A stretch of 64,000 nucleotides of DNA from an uncultured Verrucomicrobiae bacterium (GCA_963702845.1 OY969763.1:64001-128000); one strand, 5' to 3'. Shown: positions 1 through 13,369, counted from the stretch's first letter. A program made the numbers and translations. The notes: a model not told the origin generated them from the letters alone.

Positions 1-2178
1 GCGTCGAATTTTCGCACGGGGTTGGCGACAAACTCAGCCTGGTTCGGTTGGCTGGATCTTGGTGGAAGCTGTTATTCGAGCCTTGCAGCCGGATATAATC
101 AGGACGGACGTATTCAGTTGCTGATGCGTGATAACAGTTACGTGATGCAGAGTTCGTGGCAAACCAATGCGAACTCTGGTTTCAGCGGTTGGTCTGCTTT
201 TGCCGGCGACGCGCCGGACGTCAGCATCGCGACGCAGCCAACAAGCAAAACGGTGACGCCCGGAGCGAATGCAACATTCAGTGTTGGTGCGGCAAACGCG
301 CTCACCTACCAGTGGCGGTTTAACGGAGCGAGTATTTCGGGAGCGACGGCGAGCAGCTACACCGTCGTCAGTGCGCAGACCTTGGACGACGGCAGTTACT
401 CAGTCGTCGTTGGCAACCGTGCCGGAAGTCTCACCAGCGCGAACGCGACGCTTACGGTTGGAGCGCCACCCACGATCACGACTCAACCGCAAAGTGTAAA
501 CGTCAATCAAACCGGTTCGAGCGCGACATTCTCTGTTACCGCGAATGGCACCACGTTGAGCTATCAATGGTACTTTGAGGGCGCAGCAATTTCAGGAGCG
601 ATGACGTCGAGTTACACGGATTCGAGTGTGCAAACCGTCGACATCGGCAATTACGCGTGCGTTGTGAGCAATCCGTTTGGATCAGTAACAAGTTCGGATG
701 CGAGTCTGACGGTTGGAAAGTTGTTCTTATCTGACAACCTCGATTCCAACACCTCGGCGAACTGGTTCATCGCAACGAACAAATCCGACAGCCGCGCCAC
801 GTGGGCTTTTGATTACTCATTGCGCGCCGACCGATCCGGCCCCGGCGTCCCGCAAAACCCGTTCTACACCGCTTCAACAAAGGCGCTCAAATTGGAAGCC
901 AACATCTCCAGCGGCACCGCCATCAACGTCATCACCCTGTCACCAAAATCGATTAACATCAGCGGAGATTTCCAGCTGCGCTTTGATGCCTGGCACAATT
1001 TCACCGGCCCCGCACCTGGCGGCGGCACAGGTTCCACAGAGTTCATGTCCGCGGGCATCTGTTCGCCTGGCAATGTTTTGACTTGGCCGACCAATTCGCT
1101 GAACTCGGGCGTCTTCGTCGCACAAGACAGCGATGGTGACGTCGCAGCGGTCAACGCCATCACCCCTGACTACGGCATGTATACGAACGTTAATGGAACC
1201 ACCGCCGCACTACTGATGACCACCAATACCCATTGTTACGCCGCGGTCAACGGCACCAATCCATCGACGTGGCACGGCAATTCTTATTACACCAATGTCT
1301 CCGGCGCGACCGCGCCATCCATTCCAAGCTCCGAAACAAACTCAATTATGTCCGGCGCCGCCAACCAGACCGGCACGGAAGTCGTCGGTGTATTTGCATT
1401 CAAATGGCACGAAGTCATCTTGAAGAAAACCGGTTCCGGTACTGGCACGACCAACATCAGTTGGTACATCGACGGTTTCAGGATCGCTTCAGTGACCAAC
1501 GCATTTACCCCAGCAAACGGAACGAACATTTCCATCGGCTATTTCGACGCATTCGGAAGCATCGCCGCGACGAACTTCGAGTTCGGACTGTTCTCCAATC
1601 TGAAAGTTGAAAGCTTCACCGGTGCGGGCGTCGCCCCGACGATTACGTCGCAGCCAACTAGTCAGACAGTAACGGCGGGTTCCACGGTAACATTTAGCGT
1701 CACCGCAACGAGCCCGACGACGCTCCGCTATCAATGGCAGAAGGACGGCGTCAAACTGGTGAACGGCGGGAATGTGAGTGGCGCTACCACGGGCACGTTG
1801 ACTTTGACGAGCGTCGCTGCCGGCGATGCGGCGTTCTATCGCTGCATCGTTTTGAACAGTTCGAGTTATACGATCAGTAGCACTGCGGGTTTGACAGTCG
1901 GCGGCACGTCGCCGTCGATTGCAACGCGGCCGACGTCCGCTCCATCCATCGCACCGCTGCAGCTCACGCAGAGTGGAACCGGGGTCGGGTCCGTTGCCTT
2001 CCAGTGCAGTTCGACATCAGGTAACAGCTATCGGGTGCAATTCACCAACGACCTGCTCTCACAGAACTGGACGAACCTCGGTGACCCAATCGTGGCCGAC
2101 AGCGATTCCATTACGATTAACGACGTGAGCCCTTCGCAAGCACAGCGGTTCTATCGGGTGATTGCTTTGCCCAGGTAG
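1..2178 (+). CDS. Large secreted immunoglobulin (Ig I-set) repeat protein, 5'-truncated by window edge
   Basis: Frame open from base 1. Three Ig-like repeats (TQPxSxTVxxGxxATFSV...YQW...DxGxYxxVV), an N-terminal lectin-propeller-like repeat (WxGWxDLGG...NQDGRIQL) and a C-terminal 'YRVQ..NDL..NW...QRFYRV' domain typical of verrucomicrobial exoproteins. Confidence 0.8.
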   Translation, partial: ASNFRTGLATNSAWFGWLDLGGSCYSSLAAGYNQDGRIQLLMRDNSYVMQSSWQTNANSGFSGWSAFAGDAPDVSIATQPTSKTVTPGANATFSVGAANALTYQWRFNGASISGATASSYTVVSAQTLDDGSYSVVVGNRAGSLTSANATLTVGAPPTITTQPQSVNVNQTGSSATFSVTANGTTLSYQWYFEGAAISGAMTSSYTDSSVQTVDIGNYACVVSNPFGSVTSSDASLTVGKLFLSDNLDSNTSANWFIATNKSDSRATWAFDYSLRADRSGPGVPQNPFYTASTKALKLEANISSGTAINVITLSPKSINISGDFQLRFDAWHNFTGPAPGGGTGSTEFMSAGICSPGNVLTWPTNSLNSGVFVAQDSDGDVAAVNAITPDYGMYTNVNGTTAALLMTTNTHCYAAVNGTNPSTWHGNSYYTNVSGATAPSIPSSETNSIMSGAANQTGTEVVGVFAFKWHEVILKKTGSGTGTTNISWYIDGFRIASVTNAFTPANGTNISIGYFDAFGSIAATNFEFGLFSNLKVESFTGAGVAPTITSQPTSQTVTAGSTVTFSVTATSPTTLRYQWQKDGVKLVNGGNVSGATTGTLTLTSVAAGDAAFYRCIVLNSSSYTISSTAGLTVGGTSPSIATRPTSAPSIAPLQLTQSGTGVGSVAFQCSSTSGNSYRVQFTNDLLSQNWTNLGDPIVADSDSITINDVSPSQAQRFYRVIALPR

Positions 2179-2224
2179 TTTTTCGAACTTTAAATACGAC
2201 GTCGGTTGAAGGTTCGCTGCTCGA

Positions 2225-4042
2225 CTAGCGCGCTTGAGAAGGTCGCGCTTGCCAGCGGACTGTATCACTGAGGAAAAGTTGGTCGGGTAGAAAGCCTACC
2301 GGCGCTTTTGTCAGCGGGAAGTTATTTGGGAGGCCTTCGTATTGGCCTTTGGTCAGGTACTGCGTCCACGCATCGGAAACAAAACGTTCCCAGCTTTTCT
2401 CCTCGATCACCATGTGAGATAGGAATTTTCGGTCGGTGGTGCGTTGGGTCAGGTAAATCGCGTGGACCTTTTTGACGTCATTCACTTTATAGAATTGCTC
2501 GTCGTAGTTAGGAGTAACCCATGCGCATTGACGGTCGCCATACCACGCCACGGCCCACGGAACATCGCTCATCAACAATTCATTTGGATTCATCCAGTGC
2601 GCAGTGCGTTGGATAAAATTTGGAAAATAGGGCGTGGTGACGGGATAGGTTGGCGGTGGCAGAAAGGTGAAAATGTAAGGCAGGCAGCGATCAGCACGAA
2701 GAACGCAGTCGAGACGAAACGCAGTTCCAGATTTGCAGCGCTGAGTTGTTCCAACAAGATGAAGAACAATGCGGCGCCGAACATAAAGACAAGTGGCGCA
2801 AAAACGACGAGCAAGTTTTCGGAGTTGATCACCGGTGAATCAGTGGTCAAGTGCGTACGTCCGAGGGCTTCAATACCAATAAACAACACCAGCGACAACA
2901 CGACGAAAAATCTAAGGCGCGACAGGCCGGGATTGCGGAACGGAAGGAGCAAACCGACCAGGAAAAAGGCGGTCACCCAACTGCCGCCGAGGCGAGGCAG
3001 TCCATCTTGCAAGATTTCGCGGCAATTGGTGAAGAATTTTTCGGCGAAGTCTTGTGGTTCCAGCAAATCCATTCCGATGGTTGGATCGACTGAACGTTCA
3101 ACACGGTCTTCAGGGAATGCACGGTGCCTTCGTAGATGGAAATCCGGCAGTGCCGAACAATTTGTCGCTGAGCTGATAGTTACGAGCCAACCATGGTGCA
3201 ACACAGCAAGAGAGACGACGGGAGTGATGGTTGTGATGAGGAGCGCCCGGAACGGGTTAGAAATGCGGCCAGCACGAATAGCGCTGGCGCGAGCAGAAGG
3301 ATAAACGAATAGCGCGTCAACCCTGCAACGCCGATGAGCAGGCCGAGAATAATCGCCAGGAAAAACATGCGTCTTTGTCCTCGCGGTTTCTTTGCGGTCT
3401 TCGTCGTCGATGAGCCAAGGGCCCATGCAATGCCAAGGACGATGGTGACGAGCAACATGGTGGAGAGCCGGAAACGCAGAAGTGCCAGAAGACTTCGGAC
3501 GCGCCGAACAGTCCGGCACTCAGCCATGCGACAGGCGGATCGAACATGCGTCGCGCTAATTTATATAGCAGCACGACGCTGATGAAAAACAGCGCCTGGT
3601 TAACAAGACAGATCCAGAGTTCCGGTTGATAACTGGCGAAGTTTTTTTGCCTGCGCAGCAAAATGGAATGGCAGAATTTTCATCATACCGGCCAGCAGCC
3701 GGATAGACGGGCGGGTTACTGATGTCGGGCATCGAGAGGCCCCATTTGGGATGGAATTTGTGTTGCCGTTTCAAACAGGTGAACGGCGAGCGGACGGATG
3801 AATTCCGTCGTGTAATCCGCGGCCATCGCGATATTGTGCGCCAACTGGCCAGCGTCCATCGCTTCTTGAGTATTGAAGTTGCGGTAGGCGCGCATGTCAT
3901 AACACATCGCCAACGCGCCGAAACCGAGGATGACAGCGAAGGTCTTGATCATGCGCGCGCCGGTGCCGGCTTCTAATGCGTGGATCGAATTCCTGGAGTC
4001 GCATGCGATCGGTCGCGGGCTTGCGCATTGTGTCATTACCAT
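2225..4042 (-). CDS. GT39/ArnT-like multi-pass membrane glycosyltransferase (frameshifted in assembly)
   Basis: Five overlapping hydrophobic ORF pieces (3716-4042, 3317-3661, 3180-3527, 2590-3519, 2225-2593) join into one polytopic protein with EAMDAGQLAHN, PPVYP, LTRYSF and MSDVPWAVAWY segments. Confidence 0.6.
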
Positions 4043-4099
4043 CCTTGGCGCAGAGACGTTAATAGAAGAGAACTCAGGTCCGCTATAAAAATGAAAGGC

Positions 4100-5481
4100 T
4101 CACAAATCCTGTAGATTGAATTCGATAAGTTTGCGATGAAGGGTGCGGCGGCTCATGCCGATTTTTTTCGCGGCGGCGGTGCGGTTGCCGTTGCATTCTT
4201 TTAACGCGCGGGCGATGAGCTGTTTTTCGGCTTCGCGACGGTCATATCGCGATGGCGCGATGAGTTTCGTGCTGGTCGGGACGGTGGCATTCGATGTGCG
4301 AACGGTTGAGCGGCAAATCGCGCAAAGCAATTTTGTCACTGCGACAAAGAACGACAGCGTGCTCAACCGCAGTGCGGAGTTCGCGGACGTTGCCGGGCCA
4401 TTGGTAACTAATCATGGCGTCCATTGCGTCCGGCGTAAATTCGGTGACTGTGTTTGCTGTTTTCCGTGGCGAATTCGTGCAGGAACGTTTTCGCGAGGAG
4501 CGGAACGTCGACGAGGCGTTCGCGCAAGGGAGGCAGCACGATTTCGACGACGCGCAGGCGGAAGAAAAGGTCTTCGCGGAATTTGCCGGCTTTGACTTCA
4601 TTGTTCGAGATTGCGGTTTGTCGCGGCGATGAGGCGGACGTCGGCGCTTTGTGTTTTGTTGGAGCCGACGCGTTCGAAGGTGCGTTCGCCCGAAAACCGG
4701 AAGAGCTTCACCTGAATGGAGGAATCGATTTCGCCGATTTCGTCGAGGAAGAGCGTGCCGCCTTGAGCGGCTTCGATGCGGCCGATGCGGCGTTCGTGCG
4801 CGCCGGTGAATGCGCCTTTTTCATGGCCGAAGAGTTCGCTTTCGAGGAGCGATGGCGCGAGGCCGGCGCAATGGATCGTGACCATCGTTTGCGTCGAACG
4901 TGGACTGAGTTGGTGAATGGCTTTGGCTATGAGTTCTTTGCCGGTGCCGCTTTCGCCGAGTAGTAAGACAGTCGCGCGAGTGGGGGCAACCTGGCGGACG
5001 ACGTCGAAAATTTCCTCCATCGCCGGCGATTGCCCGATGATGTTTTTCATGCCGAAACGCGTGTCGAGCTGTTGACGGAGCGAAACGTTTTCGGCTTCGA
5101 GTTTGCGCTGGCGCGATGGCGCGGCCGATGCGCATCTCGAGTTCGTCGATTTGCAGGCGGCCTTTGGCGATGTAATCGTCGGCACCGTTTTTCATCGCTT
5201 CGACGGCGAGTTCCTCGGAACCGTAGGCAGTCATTAAAATGCAGATCGGCGGTTTGCTCAGAGACTTGGCGCGCGCGATGAGCTTCATGCCGTCTTCTTT
5301 CGGGAGACGAAAATCGGTCAGGAGGACGGCGAAGTTTTCCTGCTCCAACAATTGCATGGCGGCGCCCGGCGTCTTCGGCGATCTAAACGTCATACGTGAT
5401 CTTCCAAGAGCGGCACGCAAGTCCTTCGCGCGTCGGCTTTTCATCGTCGACAATCAGCAATGTGGGTTTGAGGTCGGCCAT
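4100..5481 (-). CDS. Sigma-54-dependent (NtrC/AtoC-family) response regulator (frameshifted)
   Basis: Receiver ([18 protein letters not shown]), AAA+ ([40 protein letters not shown]) and Fis HTH ([21 protein letters not shown]) spread over four ORF pieces. Confidence 0.9.
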
Positions 5482-5482
5482 G

Positions 5483-6722
5483 TTAGTCGTGGTATTTGGC
5501 TTCGAGCAGGCGCGTGATGGCGTTCGTGCAATGGGAGCCAGATGCGGAATTTGGTGCCGTGGCCGACATTGCTTTCCACTTCGATACGCCCGCCGTGCTG
5601 GCGGACGATGCGTTGGACGATCATCAATCCGAGGCCGCTGCCTTTTTTCTTGGTCGTGTAAAACGGTTCGAAAATGTGATTGATTTGTTCCTGTGCGATT
5701 CCGCCACCGGTGTCGGCAATACTGAACCAAATGCGTCGGAGATTGGCCGCTTTCGATAGTCAATGTGCCGCCTTGCGTCATAGCCTGCATGGCGTTTTTA
5801 ATCAGGTTGACGAGAACTTGTTTGATTTGATTCGCATCGATCGGCGTCGCAGTCCATGCGGCGGCCGAGTTTTTCTTTTACTTGCAGGCCGCGATTTTCC
5901 AACTCGGGCCCGAGCAGCGTCAGCGTTTCGTGGATGACGTCGTTGATCGGTGTAAGTTTGAATTGCGGCGGTGACGGGCGGATTGCTTGCAGAAATTGCG
6001 TGACGATATAGTCGAGGCGTGTGATTTCGCCTTTTGCGACATCAAGATAGTTTTCGAGCTTTTGTGCGGTTTCCGTGCAGTCGACGTTCGTTTTGATTTT
6101 GCGCGCCCACGTCCGATCGGCGTGACGGATTGCTGACTTCAGCTTGCGCAGTTCGCGGCCCATCAATTGCAGATGAATATGCAATGCGTTGAAAGGATTG
6201 CCGATTTCGTGCGCGACGCTCGCGGCGAGTAACGTCAGCGAATGGATGCGTTCACTTTCGATCGCTTCAAACGTGGCCTGCCTCGCTTCGGTGGCATCGT
6301 GCAAAATCAACGCCAAACCGGTGCTGCCCTTTGGCTTCGCCATCGAGCGGCGCTGCGTAAAGCCGAAGGAAACGTGGAACAGGAAATGCGATTTCGAATT
6401 CATGATGCGTTGCGCGTTGACCGCCGTATTTGTCCAAAGCGAGCAGACTGGTCCAATCCAATTCGGGCAAAAATTTTGAGATCGGCTGGCCTTCGGCGGC
6501 TTCGGCGTTTAACCCAAGCAGGCGAGTGACGGCTTGATTGAAATAGAGGACTTTGCCTTTTTCATCCACGACGAGGACGCCGTCTTCAATCGCGTTGAAA
6601 AGTGTTTCGAGAAAATTGCGTTCGCGCGCGAGACGTTGGACGACGGTTTGCAGTCCTTCGGCGTCAAGTCGTCTAATTCGTCCGAAAACTTTATCCAGAA
6701 ATGTTGATTTTCCGGGTGGCAT
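5483..6722 (-). CDS. PAS sensor histidine kinase (NtrB-like, frameshifted)
   Basis: PAS (LFNAIEDGVLVVD...YFNQA), H-box (AASVAHEIGNP) and HATPase remnants; ends 2 bp before the start of the NtrC-type regulator. Confidence 0.85.
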
Positions 6723-6883
6723 AACTTTCGTCAACGCACACCGAGTCAATATGGCACAGTTTGTGAAACTGCGGAGGACGAATGCAAGACGGTGAGTTGA
6801 CAGCACGAAGTGGCTGAAAGGTAGAAAATAATGACCGGCAGAAGCGCCAAAAATGCCTAAATGGATCGGCGTAATTAAATTCG

Positions 6884-9800
6884 TTAACCCACCGTCTGGT
6901 CACCATTGAATCGGATGAAGTCTTTTTCTCCCATTTACGTTTTTCCCGCTCTGGCAGAGAAGTATCGACTTTGGGATAAAACGTGTTTCCGCCGAATTTT
7001 CGTCAATGGCGTGTTCGAATTCGCGCGACGGGCTGACACGATAACGCTCGTGAGTCTCGATAAAAATGCGTTCCCCGCCAGGTTCGCGCAGACACAGAAA
7101 CACAGGGATCTGCCCGGATAAGCGATGATCAGGTCGCGAGCGTTTTCAAGGTCTTGTGCCGTGAGTCGCTCAGCGTTGAGGCGCAGGTAACACTTGCTTC
7201 GTGTATTTCAAAGGCGCTTTTTCCAACTCCATGATTTCCTCGGAAAAATCTTCGGCTTGTCTTCGGAATTGTTTACTTCGCCCACGACCAGCAAAGGTTT
7301 ATTCGGAACGAGCAGCTGGGCAAATTTATCGTAGTTCTCGTTCATGCAGAGGATCTGCACGGTGCCTTCGAGATCTTCCAACGTGACCATCGCGTATGGT
7401 TTGTTCGATTTTTTCGAAATGCCTTTTTGCACATCGGAGACCATGCCGGCAATGCGCGTCATGCCGCGCGGGGGCAATTCCTGAAGTTGGTTGGTTTTGT
7501 GCAACCCGTAGCGATCGATCAGAGGCACAAGTGGCATCAGCGGGATGGCCGCTGAGATAAAAACCGAGCAATTCTTTTTCGTAACCGAGCAGTTCATTCT
7601 GCTCCCATTCTGGCAATTGCTTTTCTGGCTCAGGCGTTTTTGTCGGGCGATTTATCTTCCAACATCCCGAACAGAGTATTCTGCCCGCGTTGCCGTCTTG
7701 AACGATGCTGGCGGCGCGCGCGACGACACGATCAATCTTGGCGAACATCGTGGCGCGATTAGACCGAACGAATCGCACGCGCCGGATTTGATCAGCGCTT
7801 CCAAAACTTTGCGAGTGAGTGCGCGGCCATCGACGCGTTCGATGAATTCTTCGAGCGAATGGAATTGGCCGCCTTTTTTACGCCCATCGAGAATTGTTTG
7901 CACGGCGCCTTCGCCAATGCCCTTTGATGGCGGCCAAACCGAACCGGATGGCCTGAGAAATGTGCGGCGTGACCGTTTCCATCGGCAGCGTCGATTGCGG
8001 CCGCGGTCGTCTTTTTGGACGGTGCAGGCGTGAAGTGAACACCGCTTTCGTTGACATCCGGCCCGAGAACTTCAACCCCAAACAGTTTCGCTTCATTGAT
8101 GAGAATCGTGAGCTTCGACGTGTCGCTCATGTCGTTCGTCATCATTGCGCTGAGGAACTCGACCGTGTAATTGGCTTTAAGAAATGCGGTCTGATAGGCG
8201 ACGACGGCGTAAGCGGCGGCGTGTGATTTGTTGAAACCGTAACCAGCAAATTTTTCCAACAAATCGAAAATCTGATTCGCTTTCTGCGCGGGGATATTGT
8301 TCAACTTCGCCGCACCTTCGACGAAAAGCTTACGTTGGCTGGCCATTTCCGCGGCGTTCTTTTTGCCCATCGCGCGGCGTAGCAAATCTGCACTGCCGAG
8401 CGTGTAGCCGGCCAAGAGCTGCGTCGCCTGCATGACTTGTTCCTGGTAAATCAAAACGCCATAAGTCTCTTTGGCAATTGGTTCCAGCAACGGGTGTTCG
8501 TATTCGATCTTCACTTCGCCATGCCGGCGTTTGATGAAATCGGGAATAAGATCCATCGGCCCTGGACGATACAATGCGACAAGCGCCGTGATATGCTCGA
8601 CGGAGCTGATCTGGAATTTCCGACACAAATCCCGCATGCCGCCAGATTCCAATTGGAACACGCCCACCGTCAGACCTTTGTTCAACAACTCGTAAGTTTT
8701 CGCGTCGTCCAACGGCAGTTTTTCGACATCAAGGGTGATACCGCGGTTTTGTTTGACCAGTTCGACGGTATTACGAATAACCGTCAGTGTCTTCAGCCCA
8801 AGAAATCCATCTTCAGCAACCCAAGATCGCCGACGGGCTTCCATCGGGTATTGCGTCACGATCGTGCCGTCTTCGTCTTTCTTGAGCGGAAGCAAATTGA
8901 CCAGCGGTTGATCGCCAATGACAACACCGGCTGCGTGCACAGATGCATTTCGAACAAGATCTTCCAGGACAAACGCGGTATCGACCAACTCGCGCGTCAC
9001 TTCTTCCGTTTCGTAGGCGGTCTTGAAATCCGGCGATTGTTCGAGCGCTTTTTTGAGCGTCATCTCCAATTCAGCTCGGGATCATTTTCGCGAGACGATC
9101 GCACTCGCCGTAGCTCAAGCCCATCGACACGCCCGACGTCGCGCACACGGATTTCGCGCCCATCGTGCCGAACGTAATAATCTGTGCGACAGAGTCGCTG
9201 CCATATTTTTCCCGGACGTATTCGATGACGTCATCGCGGCGATCGTCGGCAAAGTCGATATCGATATCAGGAGGGTTAACACGTTCGGGATTGAGGAACC
9301 GTTCGAACAGCAGCCCGTAACGAATCGGGTCAACGTTCGAGATTTCCAAAAGATAAGTGACAATCGAGCCTGCAGCCGAACCGCGCGCCACGCACGCAAC
9401 GCCCATGCTGCGTCCATAACGAACAAAATCGCCGACGATAAGGAAATAGGAAATGAAACCGGTTTTCTCGATGACCTTTAGCTCCAATGTCGAAGCCGAT
9501 CGAAACCGCTTTGTTGCAGCTGCAGTGTCGCGTAACCGGGCGGCAAGAGAGTTGGATCGTCCACGCCCTCCACAATAAATTTGATCACCCTCAGCCCGTG
9601 CGCGCATGGAATAGCGAATTGCAAACCTTCTGCGACCAGGTCGCGCAACATCCCTTCACGCGTTTTCCCGGCCGGCGGATTCAAAAGCCGGATAGTGATA
9701 TTCCTTGTTGAGCCTGATCTCGAGATTGCATTGCTCGGCGACTCCAGCGTATTTTTTACTGCTTCAGGCACCTCGCTAAAGCGCGCCTGCCATCTCTTCA

Positions 9801-10557
9801 GCCGAACGCAAAAAGAATTGCTCCGGCTGATAGGCCATGCGCTTGGTGTCGGCGAACTGCGTTTGCGTGCCGATACAGATCAAACAATCATGCGCGTGCG
9901 AATCCGCTTTGTTCACGTAGTGAACATCATTGGTCGCAACAAGTTTAAGCCCGAATTCTTTGTGCCATCGAATCAGCTGCTTTGTGACCTTGGCTTGTTC
10001 GGCAATGCCGTGATTCTGGATTTCGAGATAAAAATTTTCGGGCCCAAGAATTTGTTGATACCAATCGATCGTTTCGCGCGCTTTCGGCAATTGATCCTGC
10101 CGAATCAAGCTGCGAAATTTCGCTGTTCATGCAGCCGGATAGGACGATCAGGCCATCTTTATACTGAGCGAGCAGTTCTTTATCGATGCGCGGCTTATAA
10201 TAAAAGCCATCGAGATGCGCGATCGTAACGAGCTTGACCAGGTTTTTATAACCCGTCTCGTTTTTCGCCAGAACTGTCAGGTGATTATAAACATCCTTGC
10301 CGCCCGCGGCCGTTTTGCGTTCGGTATGCTTACCTGGGTGCAACGTAAACTTCGCAGCCAATAATCGGCTTCAGGTCCTTCTTCTTCGCTGCCTTATAAA
10401 AATCAATCGCGCCATAAAGAACGCCGTGATCTGTCAGTGCGATATGGGAAAAATTCAAATCCTTCGCCCGATCCATCAATTGTCCACCCGGCACGCGCCA
10501 TCGAGCATGGAATACTCGCTGTGCAGGTGGAGATGGACAAATTCGGCGCGCGGCCAT
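6884..10557 (-). CDS. dnaE: DNA polymerase III alpha subunit (many assembly frameshifts; 3' end approximate)
   Basis: HLHLHSEYSMLDGA start, ALTDHG, KPIIGCE, FYYKPRID, VATNDVHY, RGSAAGS, FERFLNPERVNPPDIDIDF, HAAGVVI, GYGFNKSHAAAY and OB-fold EDLEGTV motifs occur in order across ORF fragments. Confidence 0.95.
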
Positions 10558-11129
10558 TGACTAAATTCCCATGTTGGAGAGCGTCGTCGCGATGCGGTTC
10601 ACGACCGCGACCAATTGCGGGTGTGTTTCCCCAATTCATCGACCGACGACGTGAGATCCTGCTGTGGAATATTTCAGCGTCTCGGGATTTTTGCTCTCGC
10701 GCATGGCCTCTTCGTGGATAACTCCGCAAAACTGGCGATGCTTTGTGCCTGTTCCCCGTGCGTTTTGGAAAGCGTCGAAACCTCGGCTTCAACTGACCGA
10801 GATGAATTGAATCAGTTCCGTGCGATTTTCATCGCGCGATTGTGCCGGCATTTTGGATTCGGGTTTCGAGTTTCGAGAGCGTGTCATCAAGCATAAGGTA
10901 CTAGAATAAACGTAACGGATTTGGGGGAAAAGGGAAGGGGTTTGAACCGTTGCAACTTTGCCCGAAATTTCCGCCACGTCCGACTCCAAGGCATTTGTAT
11001 CAATAGTTGGGACTGACCGAGGGACTGACCGCTTTTCGAATTATCATAATTCGTTGACACCTGCTCACGGTCAAATAGCATTCGAACCCGACCATTTTCA
11101 ACAACAACAGGCTAATTACGGCGCAAACA

Positions 11130-13070
11130 ATGAGGGGACAATTTAAACCACTACTTTCGTCAGCACTTTTATTCTTTACCGTCAGCCGACTGTTCGGTGG
11201 AGGAACGTTCTTGAGTTGGGGCGACCAAACCGTTCCTCACGTGGCTCCCGGGACATCATTCACGAAGATCGCTGGCGGCTGGGAACACAGCCTTGCGCTC
11301 AAAAACGATGGAACGGTCGTTGCGTGGGGCTATAACGCATATGGCTCCACCACAATTCCAAGCGGTTTGAGCGGCGTTGCTGCAATCTCTGCGTGCAGCA
11401 GCTTGAACGGCTGGACCAGTCTTGCGCTCAAAAGTAACGGAACTGTCGTCGCATGGGGACACGAAAGTTCTCCCATGCAAACGAACGTTCCCAGTGGACT
11501 GAGTAACGTCGTTTCAATCGCGGCAGGGCCACTTGGGCAGTTCGCATTGAAAGCCGATGGCACGGTCGTTGCGTGGGGTAACCCGAGCCCGCTGGCAGTG
11601 CCAAATGGACTAGTCGACGTTGTGGCAATCGCCGCGGGCGATTACTACTGTCTAGCTTTAAAGAATGACGGAACCGTGGTTGCGTGGGGCTACGCCCCGT
11701 CAAACTTTCCGACTGGGCTGAGTGGCGTCGTCGCCATCGCAGCAGGCGAGGGGCATTGCCTGGCATTAAAAAGCGATGGAACAGTTGTCGGTTGGGGCAA
11801 TAACTCGGCTGGTCAGGCCAGTGTCCCTACCGGACTTAGCGGAGTCACCGCAATTTCCGCAGGCTACGGTCACAGCATGGCGCTGAAGAGCGATGGAACA
11901 GTAATCGCATGGGGCGGCAACGGCCTCGGCCAGACGAACGTTCCAAACGGCCTTACAGGCGTATGGCGATCGCAGCAGGTGGCGATCATAGTCTCGCACT
12001 AAAGAATGATGGATCGATTATCGCGTGGGGACAGAACGCTTATAGTCAGACAATAGTTCCAAATTCCCTAACTAACGTCGTAGCGGTCGCCCCAGGATGG
12101 GACCATACCGTTGTCGCAAAAACCGATGGAACGGTTGTTGCTTGGGGGCCCAACAGCTACGGCGAGACCAACGTTCCTGCTGGATTGGCAAATGTGAAGG
12201 CTGTGGCGGCCGGGGATCGGCACAGCATGGCGCTTCAAAGCAACGGCACCGTGGTTTGCTGGGGCGATACGACCTACGGCGCGACTGCTGTCCCACCTGG
12301 ACTAAACAATGTCGTCGCTATCGCAGCGGGCGGCTTCCATAGTCTCGCGCTAACAAGCAACGCCACGGTCGTCGCTTGGGGCTACAATACTTATGGTCAA
12401 ACCAATGTTCCGGCCGGACTGAGTGGAGTTGCTGCAATTTCAGCAGGTTACTATCACAGTGCCGCGCTGAAGAGTAACGGTACGGTCGTAGTCTGGGGAT
12501 ACAATGTTGATGGACAAACAAATGTCACCGTCGGGGCTCAACGGTGTTGTGGCTATCGCCGCCGGACGATACCACACCGTAGCTTTAAAGAGCAATGGTA
12601 CAGTAATTTCATGGGGGTATACCAACGCCGGGGCAACAAACGTTCCGATTGGACTCAGCAATGTTGTTTCAATCGCAGCTGGCGGTTACTTCGGTCTCGC
12701 CGTGAAAAGCGACAAATCGATCGTTGGCTGGGGAGACAATCATTATGCCGAGTCCGCAACGCCTTGTCCTTGCGGACTGAATGGACTTTTGGCCATGGCG
12801 TCGGGCTCGGCCGCATCTCGGACTGGGGCCATTGTTGCCGACCAGACCACCAAGAGCTCCAGCATTGGCGTAAGTTTCGGCGCAAACAGTTTCCCAACGA
12901 TTCAACTGAGCGGATCTTCCAACCTCACCTACCAGATTCAAACCTCGAGCAATTTGTCAGACTGGACCGCGTCCGGTTGTTTGTATAATACCAACGGAAC
13001 TGCATCTTTCTCAGATGTGCAAGGAACAAATGGCGCCGCCCGCTTCTATCGCGCCCGCCTGCCTTATTAG
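11130..13070 (+). CDS. Secreted RCC1-repeat beta-propeller protein (frameshifted)
   Basis: Signal peptide, ~14 repeats of AIAAGxxHSLALKxDGTVVAWG...TNVPxGL over three ORF pieces, and a C-terminal 'IQTSSNLSDW...ARFYRA' domain. Confidence 0.9.
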
Positions 13071-13192
13071 CCCAGCGTACGGACGCGGATTTCGGGTAGG
13101 TCTCTCAACCCAACTGACCCGAAAACTTGTTTGACTACACGGTTTGTAAAACGCAGCCTCGATAAAAATGAGACATTGTCAGCCTGCATAGC

Positions 13193-13369
13193 GTGAAAGC
13201 CGTCACCGTCATCTCCCATCCGTTGGTGCAGCACAATCTCACCCGCTTGCGCGATAAGCGGACACGTCCCTAGAAATTCCGCCGTGTCCTCAGCGAGATG
13301 TTCGCGCTTATGTTGCACGAAGCCACCCGCTCCTTCACGCTGCGGTCAATAACCGTGCAAAAAGGGTGA
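13193..13369 (+). pseudogene. upp: 5' fragment of uracil phosphoribosyltransferase
   Basis: My translation VKAVTVISHPLVQHNLTRLRDKRTRP*KFRRVLSEMFALMLHEATR matches the Upp N-terminus (HPLxxHKLTxxRD..T...FR....E....xxxEATR). It has an in-frame TAG at 13271 and similarity ends after ~55 codons. Confidence 0.75.

Noticed and set aside
6884..10557. dnaE as a true pseudogene, split gene or programmed frameshift
   Set aside because: Neighbouring unrelated genes show the same indel density; assembly error is simpler, and no intein motifs were seen.
10889..10916. dif-like site (AAGCATAAGGTACTAGAATAAAC)
   Set aside because: Only a partial XerC-like half; no XerD arm match.
11200..12760. Regularly spaced DNA repeats resembling a CRISPR array
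   Set aside because: They are in-frame coding RCC1 repeats with synonymous variation, not identical repeats with unique spacers; no cas genes.
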